Positions 20,330-29,048 of a stretch of DNA of 64,000 bases are shown piece after piece. The notes beneath the pieces were generated by a model, which saw only the letters and a program-made list of their open reading frames with translations, made no database searches and was not told the origin of the DNA. Numbering within the stretch: the stretch's first letter is position 1; each line of letters opens with the position of its first letter. The DNA comes from a virus (Duplodnaviria; Heunggongvirae; Uroviricota; Caudoviricetes). A program made the translations under genes and the position numbers. Where the stretch lies: positions 4,337 to 68,336 of the IMG/VR virus record IMGVR_UViG_3300006467_000563; one strand, given 5' to 3'.

Positions 20330-20840
20330 AGATTATGTTATAATCAATGCCCTTTTTGGGTTTTTCCCATTAGTTTTATTTTTTTTATTTTGTATCATAT
20401 TCTTGTTCTTGGATATTGGCTTGCCGTTATTTGTACTCTTGTTGTTATTTGTCATTGCAGCTTATAGTGCAAGCGTGATATCACTTATTGTCTCTGCATG
20501 TTATCATATACATACTTCAAGAGTAGACTATGACCTTGAAAAACCTCGACTTGATGATTACAGAGACGGTTATGACCACGATTGGGGTAAATACAATGTT
20601 GATGTAGCAGAATATGAAGCTACAAGAAAATATGCACCAATCGAAAAAATGAGTAGAACAGACGTTATTAAACTAATGGTTACATTGACATTTTGGCCAG
20701 TATTTGTGTTAAAATGTATTTTTGACTGGCTTGTATCATTATTTAACCCAATTATCAAAACTTTTGTTTATATTATAGGAGAAAAGAATGAAGGCGATTC
20801 GGATGCCGAAGATAGAACAGTTTCGGACAGTAGTCAGTAA
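20280..20840 (+). CDS. TM protein, FWPIG-like family (longer member)
   Basis: TLTFWPVFVLKC; several TM helices. Confidence 0.5.
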   Translation: MVDFYRSWGCKMNVPNKDYVIINALFGFFPLVLFFLFCIIFLFLDIGLPLFVLLLLFVIAAYSASVISLIVSACYHIHTSRVDYDLEKPRLDDYRDGYDHDWGKYNVDVAEYEATRKYAPIEKMSRTDVIKLMVTLTFWPVFVLKCIFDWLVSLFNPIIKTFVYIIGEKNEGDSDAEDRTVSDSSQ

Positions 20841-21852
20841 CATCAAGCGTACAGCTCAATTTGTTGGGCTGGATGAAAATGGAGATGCTATTGTTGATAG
20901 AGATGCCAAGATGCCAACAGTTACTTTTACTGGTACTGTAAAACTACATGGAACTAATGCATCTATTGTAAGAACTTCTGATGGTCAGATTTATCCCCAG
21001 TCTAAGACTAATGTTATTAGCATGGAAAAAGATAATGCTGGCTTTGCTCAGTTTGTCCACTCTAATCACGAAGTACTTAAGGACATGTTGGACTGTATTG
21101 CATACGACCTAGAACGCAATGCAGCTATGTATAAAACTCCATGTGAGTTTGACCCTGAGTCTAGTATTACAGTTTATGGAGAATGGGCTGGTGGAAACAT
21201 TCAAAAAGGATGTTCTTTAAATGGTCTAGATAAGATGTTCTTCATTTTTGCTTGTAAAGTTACCCCAAACGATGAAGAAAAGCAGTCTTACTGGATTCAA
21301 TCTGGGCATCAACATATTAGACCAAGCCGACACGATGACATCAATACTCATAACATTTATGACTTTGATACATATACAATTGATATCGATTTTAACGAGC
21401 CGGACTTATTTACTGAAGAGCTTGAGCGTATCACTCTTGCTGTAGAGGAAGAGTGTCCTGTCGCTAAGATGTTCGGTGTCGAGAAAGGTGTTGGTGAGGG
21501 TGTAGTATGGACTGGTTGGTACAATGGTAACATCTATAGATTCAAGGTTAAGGGAGAAAAGCACTCAGTAACTAAGGTTAAGAAGTTGGTTGTTGTAGCT
21601 CCTGAAAAGATTGAGTCTATGCAAAAGTTTGTTGAGTATGCCTGCACGCGTAACCGTTATGAGCAGGCCATCAATGAAGTTATCGGTGATGAAGAAAAGG
21701 CGATGAACCGTCTTGGTGATGTCATTCGATGGGTCCAGAAAGATATTATTGATGAAGAAACTGATGTTTTGACTGAATCTGGCTTGACACACAAAGATGT
21801 AGCGAGTAGAATTGCTACACAGGTCAGAACATGGTATCAGTCTGAATTATAA
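20788..21852 (+). CDS. ATP-dependent RNA ligase (Rnl2-like nucleotidyltransferase)
   Basis: KLHGTNASI matches the KxHGxN adenylylation motif of the Rnl2 family; true start may be an internal ATG. Confidence 0.6.
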   Translation: MKAIRMPKIEQFRTVVSNIKRTAQFVGLDENGDAIVDRDAKMPTVTFTGTVKLHGTNASIVRTSDGQIYPQSKTNVISMEKDNAGFAQFVHSNHEVLKDMLDCIAYDLERNAAMYKTPCEFDPESSITVYGEWAGGNIQKGCSLNGLDKMFFIFACKVTPNDEEKQSYWIQSGHQHIRPSRHDDINTHNIYDFDTYTIDIDFNEPDLFTEELERITLAVEEECPVAKMFGVEKGVGEGVVWTGWYNGNIYRFKVKGEKHSVTKVKKLVVVAPEKIESMQKFVEYACTRNRYEQAINEVIGDEEKAMNRLGDVIRWVQKDIIDEETDVLTESGLTHKDVASRIATQVRTWYQSEL

Positions 21853-21869
21853 AAAAATGGAGAGTAACT

Positions 21870-22067
21870 TTGAGTTTAATATTTGAAAGTATTGATTCTG
21901 AAGGAAATGACGCTGAGATGCGTGCTACAAGAGTTCCATATGGAACTGATAGGCGTGATAGATTACGTATTAGCGTTTCTCTTCCGTGGAACGATGGTCC
22001 ACGTGACATTGAACTCACTAGAAAACAAGCCGATGAACTAGTTAAACTGATTGGAGAAATGCAATGA
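21870..22067 (+). CDS. small hypothetical protein
   Basis: 65 aa. Confidence 0.4.
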   Translation: MSLIFESIDSEGNDAEMRATRVPYGTDRRDRLRISVSLPWNDGPRDIELTRKQADELVKLIGEMQ

Positions 22068-22387
22068 TTATTGACAGTAAAACAAAACGTGTAGTTGACT
22101 GCTTTCGTTCAGACGACTATGCTGGACTTGAGTATGGTGACTATGCCTTCTATTATGGTTACGAAGAGACTGTTCCTAAGCACGATTTAGAAAATGGTGA
22201 GTGGGCTTTCGTTGCCGACTACAAAGGTAATGAGTTGTGTCGTCTGACTGTAGATGATTTTAAAGAATATGTTTGTAGAAATACATTCGAAAGGCTTGAC
22301 AAATGGAATGTTGAGCATGTATTATTAACCGGAGTTGGAATTGTTTTAAATAACGAAAAATTTCACCCAGAAAGAAAGGCAATGTAA
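22064..22387 (+). CDS. hypothetical protein
   Basis: 107 aa; ATGA and TAATG overlaps. Confidence 0.45.
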   Translation: MIIDSKTKRVVDCFRSDDYAGLEYGDYAFYYGYEETVPKHDLENGEWAFVADYKGNELCRLTVDDFKEYVCRNTFERLDKWNVEHVLLTGVGIVLNNEKFHPERKAM

Positions 22388-22743
22388 TGAAATGTTTCCC
22401 AGAATCAGTTGGCGTTTTTGGTCCCGTTTTGTCCCTCACAGCAAGTTTAATTTGTTTTGTAACTCTATTTGAGGCTAGTCTCATTGGTGTACTGTTTTTG
22501 CTGGTTGCAATCAGTTGCTTCAATTTGTTAGCTGCGATTCTATTTTTTACTTCTGAGTCATTATGTAGTAGTAGTCCACGTATTAATGATTACAATAAAG
22601 TTACAGTTGCTACAGTATTATTTTCTTCTGTATGCTGGCCAATCGGAATCTTAATTGGACTATTTGCTCTGCTCAAAGTTGCTGCAGGACCACTTATGTT
22701 AGTTGTTAATAAGTTTGCAGATACTAAGTCAGATACAGAGTAA
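22387..22743 (+). CDS. small TM protein, FWPIG-motif family
   Basis: SVCWPIGILIGLF. Confidence 0.5.
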   Translation: MKCFPESVGVFGPVLSLTASLICFVTLFEASLIGVLFLLVAISCFNLLAAILFFTSESLCSSSPRINDYNKVTVATVLFSSVCWPIGILIGLFALLKVAAGPLMLVVNKFADTKSDTE

Positions 22744-22771
22744 AATCTCAATTATATAGAAAGAATTAAAA

Positions 22772-23896
22772 GTGAAACCAGTTAAAATTTACGCTGAAAA
22801 TATTGAAGAGACAGCATTAGAGCAGTTTAATTCAGCTTTAGAGTTGGATTGTGTCACTCGTGCTGCACTTATGCCTGACGCTCATACTGGGTACAGCCTA
22901 CCAATTGGTTCTGCTGTTGAGTCTGACCAGATTGTTTTTCCAAGTTGGGTTGGATATGATATCGGTTGTGGTATGTCTGCAATCCCCACCAGCTTCACGA
23001 AAGAAAAGGTAGAACAGAACTCAAAAGATATTTTTCATCAGATTTATCGTGATGTTCCTACTGGATTCACTGAGCATGACGATAAGCAGTTTTGGAATGA
23101 GGCTACTCATTTCGATGCTACACCTGAGCTAGAAGAACGATTCTGGACTGGAAATGCACAGAACCAGCTTGGTACTCTTGGTGGTGGTAACCACTTCATT
23201 GAAGTAGGATACGATGAGAACAATCAGGTATGGATTATCATTCACTCTGGTTCTCGTAAGCTGGGACATCGTACTGCTGAGCGATATATGAAAATTGCTG
23301 CTGGACAGGACCCAGAAGACCGGAAGAAAGCAAAAGAAGGTCACTACGGTTTCGCTGTTGATTCAGAAAATGGTGAGAATTACATCAAGGACTTGAATTA
23401 CTGTTTACAGTATGCTTTAGCAAACCGTCGTCATATGATTGAGAATGTTATTCAAAGCATCTCACGTAAAGTAGGTGGCGGCTATGGAGAATGGGACCGT
23501 TTCATCAATCGTAACCACAACCATGCCGAGGACCGTAAAGACGATGGTAAATGGATTCATCGTAAGGGTGCTACACATGCTGAGAGTGGCATGGACGGTG
23601 TTATTCCGGGCAATATGCGTGATGGTTCCTTCATCGTAGTTGGTAAGGGTAATCCAGACTCTCTGTATTCCAGTTCTCATGGAGCTGGGCGTGTACTCTC
23701 TCGTAGTAAGGCACGTAAGACTCTGAATGTCGATGACTTCGTTAAAGATATGGAAGGTATCACTGCTCGCGTTGAAGAGAAAACTCTTGATGAGTCTAGT
23801 AGTGCCTATAAAAACATCTTTGAGGTGATGGACCTACAGAAAGACTTAGTCAATGTTGTTACTCACGTCAAGCCAATTATCAATGTGAAGGGATAA
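22772..23896 (+). CDS. rtcB: RNA-splicing ligase RtcB (3'-phosphate/5'-OH RNA ligase)
   Basis: YDIGCGMS, GGGNHFIEV and NHNHAED blocks typical of RtcB; GTG start. Confidence 0.8.
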   Translation: MKPVKIYAENIEETALEQFNSALELDCVTRAALMPDAHTGYSLPIGSAVESDQIVFPSWVGYDIGCGMSAIPTSFTKEKVEQNSKDIFHQIYRDVPTGFTEHDDKQFWNEATHFDATPELEERFWTGNAQNQLGTLGGGNHFIEVGYDENNQVWIIIHSGSRKLGHRTAERYMKIAAGQDPEDRKKAKEGHYGFAVDSENGENYIKDLNYCLQYALANRRHMIENVIQSISRKVGGGYGEWDRFINRNHNHAEDRKDDGKWIHRKGATHAESGMDGVIPGNMRDGSFIVVGKGNPDSLYSSSHGAGRVLSRSKARKTLNVDDFVKDMEGITARVEEKTLDESSSAYKNIFEVMDLQKDLVNVVTHVKPIINVKG

Positions 23897-24056
23897 TAAT
23901 GGAAATTGGAACTGACCATGATGGCAATAAAATAGAGATGAATGTCAAAAAGGAAAGTGATGCAGTCTACCGATTCACTGTCGGGAATCATGGCGTATAC
24001 ACTAATATAGATGGTATATTGAGAATCATCGACTATATAAAAGAAAGTATCTCAGA

Positions 24057-24449
24057 ATGAAAATTTTAAATGAATTAAAAAATGATGCAGAGACGCGATG
24101 TTTCTTCTTCTGGTTTGGATTACTTGTAACAGCAATTGGTTTTGGATTGGCGGCCATTGCCACTAGCTTGATTTTTTTCTTGCCAAAATTATTGACTTTG
24201 GTTTTGTGTTTTGCCATGGTTTGTCCTTTTCTCGGATTTGTGTTTGCCTGTTTGATTACTCATGATACTCGTGAATCAGAAACAAGAGAAGAGGTTGGTG
24301 CAGTATTACTTGTATGTACTTTTTATCCCATTACATGGTTATATATTGTAGTTTCTGCTATATTTCCATTGTTTAACAATTTTATGTACTGCCTCAAGTC
24401 AATGAGAGATACAGTAATGTATGTAATTGAAGGGAAAACAGATGAATAA
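24057..24449 (+). CDS. small TM protein, FWPIG-like family
   Basis: CTFYPITWLYIVV. Confidence 0.5.
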   Translation: MKILNELKNDAETRCFFFWFGLLVTAIGFGLAAIATSLIFFLPKLLTLVLCFAMVCPFLGFVFACLITHDTRESETREEVGAVLLVCTFYPITWLYIVVSAIFPLFNNFMYCLKSMRDTVMYVIEGKTDE

Positions 24450-24909
24450 GTTCTGGTATGGAATTTCTGTAACATTTGTTTTGTGTGTTGTTGGAGTATT
24501 TTCACATGCTGAACCTATCGATGCACCAAAACCTTTTGTTTCAGAACAAGTCAATTTTGGCATTATATTTCCGGGTAAGGTAATTAATGTTGTTGATGGT
24601 GATACAGTTGATGTAGAAGTAAGACGCGTAATCCGTATTCGTATGTTAGACTGTTGGGCACCAGAATCACGCACAAAAGATTTAGCAGAGAAAAAAGAGG
24701 GTCTGGAAGCAAAGGCTGAGCTGGCAAAAATTATTAGTGGTCGCAAAGTAGTCGTACAGGTTCCTATTGGTAGAGATGCTAGATTTGGTGAGTCTATGAC
24801 TTTTGACCGTGTTCTTGGACGAATTATTGACGAAGAAACACGTCTTGATTACTCTAAGTATATGGTACAGCACGGCTTCGCAACTAAAAATAAGGAAAAA
24901 GATGATTAA
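24427..24909 (+). CDS. secreted staphylococcal-nuclease-like (SNase/thermonuclease fold) nuclease
   Basis: Signal peptide; VVDGDTVDV...RMLDCWAPE block typical of the SNase family. Confidence 0.6.
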   Translation: MKGKQMNKFWYGISVTFVLCVVGVFSHAEPIDAPKPFVSEQVNFGIIFPGKVINVVDGDTVDVEVRRVIRIRMLDCWAPESRTKDLAEKKEGLEAKAELAKIISGRKVVVQVPIGRDARFGESMTFDRVLGRIIDEETRLDYSKYMVQHGFATKNKEKDD

Positions 24910-25510
24910 ATACGTTAAAGGGGACTTATTTGATTTTGTCAATCAGACTGAATCGGAATACGATGTTACTTTTATTCCACATATTGTCAATACGTATGGA
25001 TATTGGGCGTCTGGTTTTGTTTGTGCAGTAGAGTCACATTGCCCAGCAGCCAAGAGTCGTTATGACTCCTTGTTTGAAGGCGTTCATGCTCCATATGATT
25101 ACGGCGAAGCAAATAAATGGCTTCTAGGTATGAACCAGATTGTGTTCACCAACACTCGGAGTACTGCAATTATCAATATGTTCGCTCAGTTATTCGGTGG
25201 TGATAGACCATTAAGATACAATGCACTTACAAAGTGTATGGATAGCATAGGAGACTCAGTGCAGACATCTGAACATAAAGTTCGCATTGTAGCTCCTATG
25301 TTTGGGAGCCTTCGGGCTGGAGGAAATTGGGATTTTATTGAGAAATTAGTAGAAGATTGCTGGATTTCTCGCGGTATTGATACTACAATAGTAGAGTACA
25401 TACACAAACAAATTAAGAGTCAATGCCAAAAGTGCAACAAACAAGAGAAGCCTTTGTTTCGTATGTCAAATACTTTGTATTACTGTAGGGAATGTTATTC
25501 AGAAAGGTAG
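24902..25510 (+). CDS. macro-domain-like protein (ADP-ribose binding/processing) with C-terminal zinc ribbon
   Basis: Internal ATG with AAGGAAAAAGATG RBS. Layout KGDLF..(about 25 aa)..IPHIVN then GYWASGF loosely recalls the N-terminal region of macro domains (DIT...VN..N..L..GGGV), without the GG-rich loop; tail CQKCN...CREC. Confidence 0.45.
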   Translation: MIKYVKGDLFDFVNQTESEYDVTFIPHIVNTYGYWASGFVCAVESHCPAAKSRYDSLFEGVHAPYDYGEANKWLLGMNQIVFTNTRSTAIINMFAQLFGGDRPLRYNALTKCMDSIGDSVQTSEHKVRIVAPMFGSLRAGGNWDFIEKLVEDCWISRGIDTTIVEYIHKQIKSQCQKCNKQEKPLFRMSNTLYYCRECYSER

Positions 25511-25866
25511 TCATGGACTATAAATTAGCAGATGCTATTCAAACAACACTCTTTTGGGTCGGATTAGGTGTATTTGTTCTGTGTTTTCTGGCATGTACCC
25601 CTATACCATTTATACTCATAACATGGCCAATCTTAGCTATTATTTCTTCTACTTATTATTGTATTGGGCTAGTAGCAAAAAAAAGATATGATGATGTACC
25701 AAGAGATATTGAACAGGTTACTAAACTAGAAGTTATTACGATTCTTTTTTGCTGCTTTTTCTGGCCAGTTGCTTTGCCCTGTTTGGGGGTATATCTAATC
25801 GGATGCATGATATCTTTTCTATGCAAGCCATTTAAAGAGGTGTTTGAATTTTTAATTAAGGAGTAG
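25492..25866 (+). CDS. small TM protein, FWPIG-like family
   Basis: CCFFWPVALPCLGVYLIGC. Confidence 0.5.
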   Translation: MLFRKVVMDYKLADAIQTTLFWVGLGVFVLCFLACTPIPFILITWPILAIISSTYYCIGLVAKKRYDDVPRDIEQVTKLEVITILFCCFFWPVALPCLGVYLIGCMISFLCKPFKEVFEFLIKE

Positions 25867-25868
25867 AT

Positions 25869-27146
25869 ATGCTTGAGTGGCTGACAACTTATTATACAGA
25901 CTTTATCGCATTCAGTAAATCAAATCCTTTATTTGCCGGTATTATAAGTGTTTGGGGATTAGGAGTTGTAACATTCTGTTTACGGACTGTTCCGAGTAAA
26001 ATTTTTAATTTCATTTACAGACAGTGTACTACCAACTTAGTTCTTAATAGTTACGATAGTATCTATCATGAGTTCTTACAATGGGTGTCTGAAAACAATA
26101 TGCACTCATTTGTGCGTGACCTTAACTTCAATAATAGAGGCGTGTGGAGTGAAGGTGTTCCAATGATTAGCATAGGATATGGGAAAACGATTTTCCTATT
26201 CAAGAGACGACTCTTCGTTCTTCATAGATTCAAAGAAGAAGCTAATCAGACAATGAGACCGAAAGAAACAATCAAGATTACTTTGATTGGTAGGTCGCAT
26301 CAAATTTTTAGTGAGCTATTCGATGTTATACATGAAAGTCAGGAAGAAGAAAACTCAATCAGCGTCCATACTTGGAAAGAGGGATGGAATTACACTGCTT
26401 ATCAACCAAAGCGTGATTTAGATACTGTAGTTGTAGAAGAACATATTAAACAAGATATTCTCACCTGTATTGATAATTTCATTGGTGATTCTGATTGGTA
26501 TTTTAAAAATGGAATACCATATCATCTTGGGATTATGTTTCATGGACCAAGTGGAACAGGTAAGACGAGCTTAATCAAAGCTATCTGTGCTAAATATGAC
26601 CGTCCATTATATATTATTCATCTTTCTAGAATGAGCGATGATACTCTTGAAACAGCTTTGGCTGAGATTCCTATCGGTGCTGTGGTTGCAATCGAAGATA
26701 TTGACACCGCTAACTTAGGTAAAAGAAATATCAGTAATAAAATTACGACAATTAAACAAAGTGGTACAATGTCTCTTGTTCGAGGAACGAGCCATGGAGA
26801 CTCTGAGGCTTCTTTGACACTCGGTGGTGTATTAAATGCTCTTGATGGAATTACTACATCAGAAGGTAGAATTTTAATTGCTACCACTAATGTTTTAGAC
26901 TCGCTTGATGAGGCGTTAATTCGCCCCGGAAGATTTGATTTGACAAAAGAAATAGGTTATATGACAGACGATACTCTACGTACGTACTTGGGAAGATTTT
27001 ATCCGTATGATTTTTCCAAATGGTGTGTTAATGACAATGTTAAACCTTGTGATGTTCAGAAGTTAGTTTTTGATAACCGTAACTCGCCTGACAATGTACT
27101 TGCAGCAGTGGCACATAGGTGTGATAATGGAGGACTTGAAGATTGA
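25869..27146 (+). CDS. AAA+ ATPase, BCS1-like
   Basis: N-terminal TM anchor; Walker A GPSGTGKTS; ATTNVLDSLDEALIRPGRFD second region of homology. Confidence 0.7.
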   Translation: MLEWLTTYYTDFIAFSKSNPLFAGIISVWGLGVVTFCLRTVPSKIFNFIYRQCTTNLVLNSYDSIYHEFLQWVSENNMHSFVRDLNFNNRGVWSEGVPMISIGYGKTIFLFKRRLFVLHRFKEEANQTMRPKETIKITLIGRSHQIFSELFDVIHESQEEENSISVHTWKEGWNYTAYQPKRDLDTVVVEEHIKQDILTCIDNFIGDSDWYFKNGIPYHLGIMFHGPSGTGKTSLIKAICAKYDRPLYIIHLSRMSDDTLETALAEIPIGAVVAIEDIDTANLGKRNISNKITTIKQSGTMSLVRGTSHGDSEASLTLGGVLNALDGITTSEGRILIATTNVLDSLDEALIRPGRFDLTKEIGYMTDDTLRTYLGRFYPYDFSKWCVNDNVKPCDVQKLVFDNRNSPDNVLAAVAHRCDNGGLED

Positions 27147-28096
27147 ATAAACATGAATTAATTGGAAAAGAGTTTAAGGTACTGAGTCATGGTAGTATTA
27201 TGCTAGTTGACTATATGGGTAGTGACGAAGAGATTGAGAATGCTGCTCGTATTTCATACGGTGAAGGTACAAGACCAGTAAGTGAGACGCGTACGTTGCT
27301 ACGTTACCTCAAGAGACACTGGCACACTACACCATTTGAGATGGCTGAGCTGAAATTTAAGATTAAGATGCCTATGGATGTAAACCGTCAGTGGATTCGA
27401 CACCGTACTGCTAACGTTAATGAGTACAGTACACGCTATTCAAATCCTATTGATGATACGGATACTACACCTGTATGGCGTAAGCAAAGCACAAACAACA
27501 AGCAGGGTAGTGACGGGAAAGTCACAGAATGGCCTGAAGGTTGTGAGTGGGAATGTGAAATAGAATGGCATGATACTCCCAGCAGTTTTTTATCTGAAAT
27601 GGAACAGGAGACTATTAAAGCGTGTAAAAGTTTTTATGATATTACACAGCAATTTGGGGTTGCTAAAGAGGTGTCACGCAAACATCTACCTTTGAGCACC
27701 TATACTGAAATCTTCTGGAAGTGTGACCTGCATAATATCATGCATTTTCTACGCTTACGTTGTGACTCACATGCACAACAGGAGATTCGTGAGTACGCTA
27801 ACATTATGGCTGGTATTTGCAAAGAGTTATTCCCTTTAAGTATGGAAGCGTGGTACGATTACGCTCATATGTCTCGTAACTTCAGTCGTCAAGAGATGAA
27901 AATTTTGCAACACGTACTGGATAGAGAACAGATTCGTAATTCTGGTGTACTAAAAACTCTGGCTCAACAGGTTGGATTGTACGACCCTAATCGAAAAAGT
28001 AACCGTGAGTACGATGAATTTGTGAAAAAATTTGCAGATAATTACTCTACTAGTATTGACTCTGAGTTTGAATTGCCTTATAATAAGGAAGACTAA
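27143..28096 (+). CDS. thyX: flavin-dependent thymidylate synthase ThyX
   Basis: RHRTANVNEYSTRYS matches the ThyX RHRx7SxR signature. Confidence 0.8.
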   Translation: MNKHELIGKEFKVLSHGSIMLVDYMGSDEEIENAARISYGEGTRPVSETRTLLRYLKRHWHTTPFEMAELKFKIKMPMDVNRQWIRHRTANVNEYSTRYSNPIDDTDTTPVWRKQSTNNKQGSDGKVTEWPEGCEWECEIEWHDTPSSFLSEMEQETIKACKSFYDITQQFGVAKEVSRKHLPLSTYTEIFWKCDLHNIMHFLRLRCDSHAQQEIREYANIMAGICKELFPLSMEAWYDYAHMSRNFSRQEMKILQHVLDREQIRNSGVLKTLAQQVGLYDPNRKSNREYDEFVKKFADNYSTSIDSEFELPYNKED

Positions 28097-28644
28097 TGAA
28101 TCGACTTGATAGACATACAGTTTACCTAGCTGGAAGCATAGATGAGTCAAAAAATACTGCACACTTGTGGCGTGAAGAGATTACCAATTTTCTTCAACCA
28201 TTAGGCATTGGCACATTTAATCCATGTGATAAGCCGTGTGGGAAGGTTGAAGACCCGGATTTTGTAGATTATTGCAACCAACTCAAAGCAGAAGAAAAAT
28301 GGGATGAGTTGGTTAGTGAAATGACTGGGGTTGTTCGTGCAGATTTGCATATGGTTGACCTTTCTAACTTTATGATTGCTGCTATTGATAAGGATAGACA
28401 TTTATGTGGTAGTTACAGTGAAATCACTTATGCTGCATTAGAGAAGAAGCCTGTTATTATTTGGTGCCCACAAGGTAAAGCACAAGTTCCTAACTGGTTG
28501 TGGGGTTTAGGTTTAAGGCATGAATTATTTTTCTCTACTTTAGATGAAGTTAAAGATTATATTACACATGTACACACATCAGATGTGGTAGATACGCTTG
28601 GTAGATGGCGTTTTATCAACTATAGAAAGGTCTTTGGTAAATGA
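28096..28644 (+). CDS. nucleoside 2-deoxyribosyltransferase-fold protein (NDT/DNPH1-like)
   Basis: N-terminal VYLAGSID and C-terminal GSYSEITYAALEKKPVIIW blocks typical of the NDT fold. Confidence 0.55.
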   Translation: MNRLDRHTVYLAGSIDESKNTAHLWREEITNFLQPLGIGTFNPCDKPCGKVEDPDFVDYCNQLKAEEKWDELVSEMTGVVRADLHMVDLSNFMIAAIDKDRHLCGSYSEITYAALEKKPVIIWCPQGKAQVPNWLWGLGLRHELFFSTLDEVKDYITHVHTSDVVDTLGRWRFINYRKVFGK

Positions 28645-29048
28645 AACTACAGCTAACAGGAAATAACAGTGAGCAGTATTCTGGATACACTCATATCAAT
28701 GTTGAAGAGATGTATAAAATGGACAACATTGCAGATAACTCTTGTGAAGATATCGTCGCATTAGGTTTTTTCCACGAGTATACTGTTCCTGAATTACAGA
28801 ATGTTATCAGGGAAGTTGTTTCAAAATTGAGGCGAGGCGGAGCACTAACTTTCAATTTTGTGAACTATCATACATTCGATGTATATAAAACAGATGTGGA
28901 AACTATTAACTCAATATTGAGTTCATCTGCTAATGTTCTTACAATCAAGTATGTAAATGAATTAATTGCCAGCTTTGGGTTAAAAATGATTACAAAAGAA
29001 ACTAATCCTACTACACATGAAACAACAATTGTAGCAGAGAGGGTGTGA
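28641..29048 (+). CDS. hypothetical protein (possible methyltransferase-like)
   Basis: 135 aa; weak class I MTase-like core. Confidence 0.35.
   Translation: MKLQLTGNNSEQYSGYTHINVEEMYKMDNIADNSCEDIVALGFFHEYTVPELQNVIREVVSKLRRGGALTFNFVNYHTFDVYKTDVETINSILSSSANVLTIKYVNELIASFGLKMITKETNPTTHETTIVAERV

Noticed and set aside
20788-21852. Calling the ligase a DNA ligase or mRNA capping enzyme
   Set aside because: The KxHGxN motif and the size (354 aa) fit the Rnl2-type RNA ligase better than ATP DNA ligases, which are larger with an OB domain. This is a motif-level judgement only.
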